DNA from: Nitrosopumilales archaeon
GTDB lineage: Archaea > Thermoproteota > Nitrososphaeria > Nitrososphaerales > Nitrososphaeraceae
Length of the DNA stretch: 19,276 bases
Direction: 5' to 3'
NCBI GenBank assembly: GCA_044507735.1
Contig: JBIQJB010000034.1
Location: forward strand, 1 to 19,276
The notes below the pieces were generated by a model. The model worked only from the letters and a program-made list of their open reading frames with translations, was not told the DNA's origin and ran no database searches. Position 1 is the first letter of the stretch, and every line of letters starts with the position of its first letter. Of the stretch, positions 16,999-19,276 are shown one piece after another. The translations under genes were made by a program, and so were the position numbers.

Positions 16999-17616
16999 TT
17001 ATTCCTCGTAGTCCTGTTCGGCTTCTGCCTTGTCAATTACTTTGTAAAAGACAACCTGATGCCCATCGCCAAACGAGTGGAGAAGAACGCCCCTCGTCGG
17101 ACCTCCGATGATCGCGCTCGCTACAGCTCCCTGAGCAATGTCCATCGGCTCTGACGTGTGAAGGATCTCACCATTTCCTGCGTCAACGATTATCGAATAG
17201 GTCCTGTTTTCATCGTCGATTAGGGAAAAGCTGTACACCAAGAAGCCATTTATCGCTCCCAGGTTTCCATTCAGCACTTGGCCCCCATTGGGCGAATCTG
17301 CGGCTATTTCAGCAGCTTCGGCGAACGAGATTTCTGCCCCGGACATGATCTGGTCTGTAATATTTACAGAGCCGTCAATTTCAAGCGGCACGAATCCGTC
17401 AAGCCTCGTGCCCTGCACTGCTCCTGCATAGGTGTATGCGGTAGCGACCGGCGGCAAAGCTACTTTGTCCACAGCATTGCCGTTGTTGTCATTCCCTCGA
17501 TCTTCTTCACCCTCTTGCGCCTGGGCCTTGTACGTTAGCCCGCCGGCCGCCAGCACTGCAGCAACTGCAGCCAGCACGACCAAGACATGTATCGATTTGA
17601 ATCTTGTGTCTGACAT
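16999..17616 (-). CDS. Exported PepSY-domain protein
   Basis: Signal peptide ending in AQA. PepSY-like ISFAEAAEIA......VLNGNL....GFLVYSF.......SIIVDAGNGEIL. Confidence 0.8.
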   Translation of the reverse strand: MSDTRFKSIHVLVVLAAVAAVLAAGGLTYKAQAQEGEEDRGNDNNGNAVDKVALPPVATAYTYAGAVQGTRLDGFVPLEIDGSVNITDQIMSGAEISFAEAAEIAADSPNGGQVLNGNLGAINGFLVYSFSLIDDENRTYSIIVDAGNGEILHTSEPMDIAQGAVASAIIGGPTRGVLLHSFGDGHQVVFYKVIDKAEAEQDYEE

Positions 17617-17679
17617 AACTCCTCTACGCTAAATATATGACACGAGCTTATTTATGTGTTGCCTTTTATGGCAGGACAT

Positions 17680-17697
17680 AATGACATTTTTGTCATT
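17680..17697. promoter_or_regulatory. Perfect inverted repeat AATGACA-N4-TGTCATT, a candidate operator upstream of the PepSY gene
   Basis: 7-bp arms at 17680-17686 and 17691-17697, about 25 nt upstream of a minus-strand ATAAATAA TATA-like element near 17648-17655. Confidence 0.5.
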
Positions 17698-18376
17698 GTA
17701 ACTTCACTATGGAAAATTGCCCTGTATCTGCATCTTCCGTTGGTACCAGCTGCTTCACTCCTGTTGGAGGTATCGCATACGTTATGGAGGATTCCACAGA
17801 GGTGAAATCTTTAGGCAATTCTAATATCCTCACAACACCCGACTTGGCATACCATGTTGGTACAGGCTTGGCCATCAAGCCGACACTGTAGTCACCATCA
17901 GACAACTCTGCAACGCGGAACATTGCAGCATCTTTATACGAAAGTTGAGTTGTCGCCAGTACTCTGTCGTTCACACCAATAGCATAAGCCACATAGACAG
18001 ATGTGAGCGCGCCCAGAATCATCAGGGCCGTGGTTATCCACATCATTCTCGCGCCCTTGCGACCACTTGGTCCGGCACTGCTACTGCCGCGGCTATCCTC
18101 ACTAGGGGCAGTGGTAGCAGAGGTCGTAGCATCGACTTCGTGGAGGCGAAAGAGTGTGAGTATGTCCTTTTTCCTTTCCTTGACCAATTCTAACGCCTCA
18201 TCATTGCCAGAAACCCCACGTCTTGAAGTGATAAGGTTTGCCAACTTTAGATCCGATATGGCAGATAACACATAATCCGATGAATCGTCGGGAAAGCCAT
18301 CGACGACCTTTGATTTGCTGATTGGGCCAGGAGACTTTAGGAGGATGCGTAGGACTGCCAGCTCGTACTGGTTCAT
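17693..18376 (-). CDS. Putative membrane-anchored winged-helix protein (wHTH, linker, TM, outside domain)
   Basis: N-terminal ELAVLRILLKSPGPISKSKVV...VLSAISDLKLANLI is wHTH-like. It is followed by a Ser/Thr/Gly linker, the single TM MMWITTALMILGALTSVYVAYAIGV preceded by basic RKGAR, and a C-terminal domain of about 90 aa. Confidence 0.65.
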   Translation of the reverse strand: MNQYELAVLRILLKSPGPISKSKVVDGFPDDSSDYVLSAISDLKLANLITSRRGVSGNDEALELVKERKKDILTLFRLHEVDATTSATTAPSEDSRGSSSAGPSGRKGARMMWITTALMILGALTSVYVAYAIGVNDRVLATTQLSYKDAAMFRVAELSDGDYSVGLMAKPVPTWYAKSGVVRILELPKDFTSVESSITYAIPPTGVKQLVPTEDADTGQFSIVKLQ

Positions 18377-18484
18377 GATCTATGATATCGGATGGTGATA
18401 TTTATCTATTGACATTTATTTCTGTAGTGTTAGTACTTATTGTCAGTAGAAAGAGACAAATAATACTAGATGTGATAAATTAAC

Positions 18485-18859
18485 GTGGAAGCAGAACCCT
18501 CTGCTGATCTGGGCGTACTGGCGAGGACCATCTCATCAAGAGCGGTCGCACAGATACTTGACTTCTTTTTGGATCATAAGGAGTTTGACTATTCGCCGGC
18601 AGAAATCGCTAAAAAGACTGGCCTTTCATTCAGAACGATCTTTAGGGAACTGCCCATACTAGAAAAATACCAGCTTATATACAACAGCCGCAAGATCGGC
18701 AAGACAAACATGTACAGGTTAAACACCGATTTTAGAGCCGTGTCTCTTCTTGAACAGTTTACCCTTGAAATGGCGCAAGTCCTAGCGGGTCATGACGGGA
18801 AGAATGATTATGAAGACAGTAGCCAAGCAGAAATGAACACAGCGGATATTGTAGAATAA
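18485..18859 (+). CDS. Winged-helix transcription regulator
   Basis: QILDFFLDHKEFDYSPAEIAKKTGLSFRTIFRELPILEKYQLI...RKIGKTNMYRLN is an HTH followed by a wing. Confidence 0.88.
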   Translation: MEAEPSADLGVLARTISSRAVAQILDFFLDHKEFDYSPAEIAKKTGLSFRTIFRELPILEKYQLIYNSRKIGKTNMYRLNTDFRAVSLLEQFTLEMAQVLAGHDGKNDYEDSSQAEMNTADIVE

Positions 18860-18871
18860 AAGACCTCTTTC

Positions 18872-19012
18872 TCATATGCTTGTCACAGTCGTCTCATGCG
18901 CACAGTCTGTGCATACGAGCTTTGTCCCTGCCACGGTCTTTCCTCGTACTTCGTGGACCGTCTTGCTGTGACACTTTGTACACAGCATTGACACAGTTTC
19001 TGGTTTTGGCAT
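18872..19012 (-). CDS. 46-aa zinc-ribbon microprotein
   Basis: MPKPETVSMLCTKCHSKTVHEVRGKTVAGTKLVCTDCAHETTVTSI has two CxxC knuckles. TTTATTATT lies upstream on the minus strand. The track's longer ORF would overlap the tRNA. Confidence 0.65.
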   Translation of the reverse strand: MPKPETVSMLCTKCHSKTVHEVRGKTVAGTKLVCTDCAHETTVTSI

Positions 19013-19125
19013 GTTGGTAAACGCAAATAATAAAGTGCGAAGGAAAAATTTAACCTTTAAAACAGGTAGCGCAACCATGAAATAAGGTTCCGCCGGCAGA
19101 CCTCCTGACATCCGGCGGACCGTGA

Positions 19126-19275
19126 GGAGGGGTAGCGAAGCCTGGTCAAACGCGCAGGACTCAAGATCAAAGAGATATGCGCACGGCACATCACATACTT
19201 CTCGCGACATGCAGTTATGCGAGATGAGTGATCCCGTCCCTTAGGGGTTCGTGGGTTCAAATCCCACCCCCTCCA
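19126..19275 (+). tRNA. tRNA-Leu(CAA) with a 65-nt canonical 37/38 intron (19166-19230)
   Basis: Acceptor GGAGGGG/CCCCTCC with A73. Anticodon CAA at 19162-19164. BHB: CTCA/TGAG helix with AGA and TGA bulges. Long variable arm CCC-TTA-GGG. T arm GTGGG-TTCAAAT-CCCAC. Confidence 0.95.
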
Positions 19276-19276
19276 C

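Noticed and set aside
18872-19260. Track ORFs 18872-19210 (full length) and 19057-19260
   Set aside because: They overlap tRNA-Leu on the opposite strand. Only the last 46 codons of the first ORF look like a real gene.
13841-19276. Integrated element bounded by the two tRNAs
   Set aside because: No integrase, no duplicated tRNA 3' end was seen, and core genes (PAC2, SSB) lie in between.

Overview
Archaeal window whose gene content is most consistent with an ammonia-oxidising thaumarchaeon of the Nitrososphaera type. This is inferred from the cupredoxins, the thaumarchaeal C-terminal '...CV.P...KL.ERGW' domain, LSm-rpl37e, PAC2, a single-OB SSB and BHB tRNA introns. From left to right it holds: an S1 serine protease with a truncated-looking N-terminus, an exported protein, two exported type-1 copper proteins and a small Zn finger. 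These are followed by purU, an ArfB/creatininase-family gene, LSm, rpl37e (missed by the ORF track), a coiled-coil protein, a probable gene remnant and a wHTH regulator. Next come folD, 5-formyl-THF cyclo-ligase, purD, a KGG/GsiB-type stress hydrophilin, a SWIM protein, a metallophosphoesterase and tRNA-Thr(GGT) with a non-canonical T-loop intron. The right end carries a Zn finger, a membrane protein, PAC2, SSB, a PepSY / membrane-anchored wHTH / wHTH trio, a Zn ribbon and tRNA-Leu(CAA) with a 65-nt intron. The most notable points are: (1) the T-loop intron; (2) one anomalous C in each tRNA, each of which C-to-U editing would repair; (3) the cyclo-ligase continuing in frame directly after the folD amber stop; (4) a putative transmembrane one-component regulatory module with candidate operators. 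No CRISPR array or transposase was seen.
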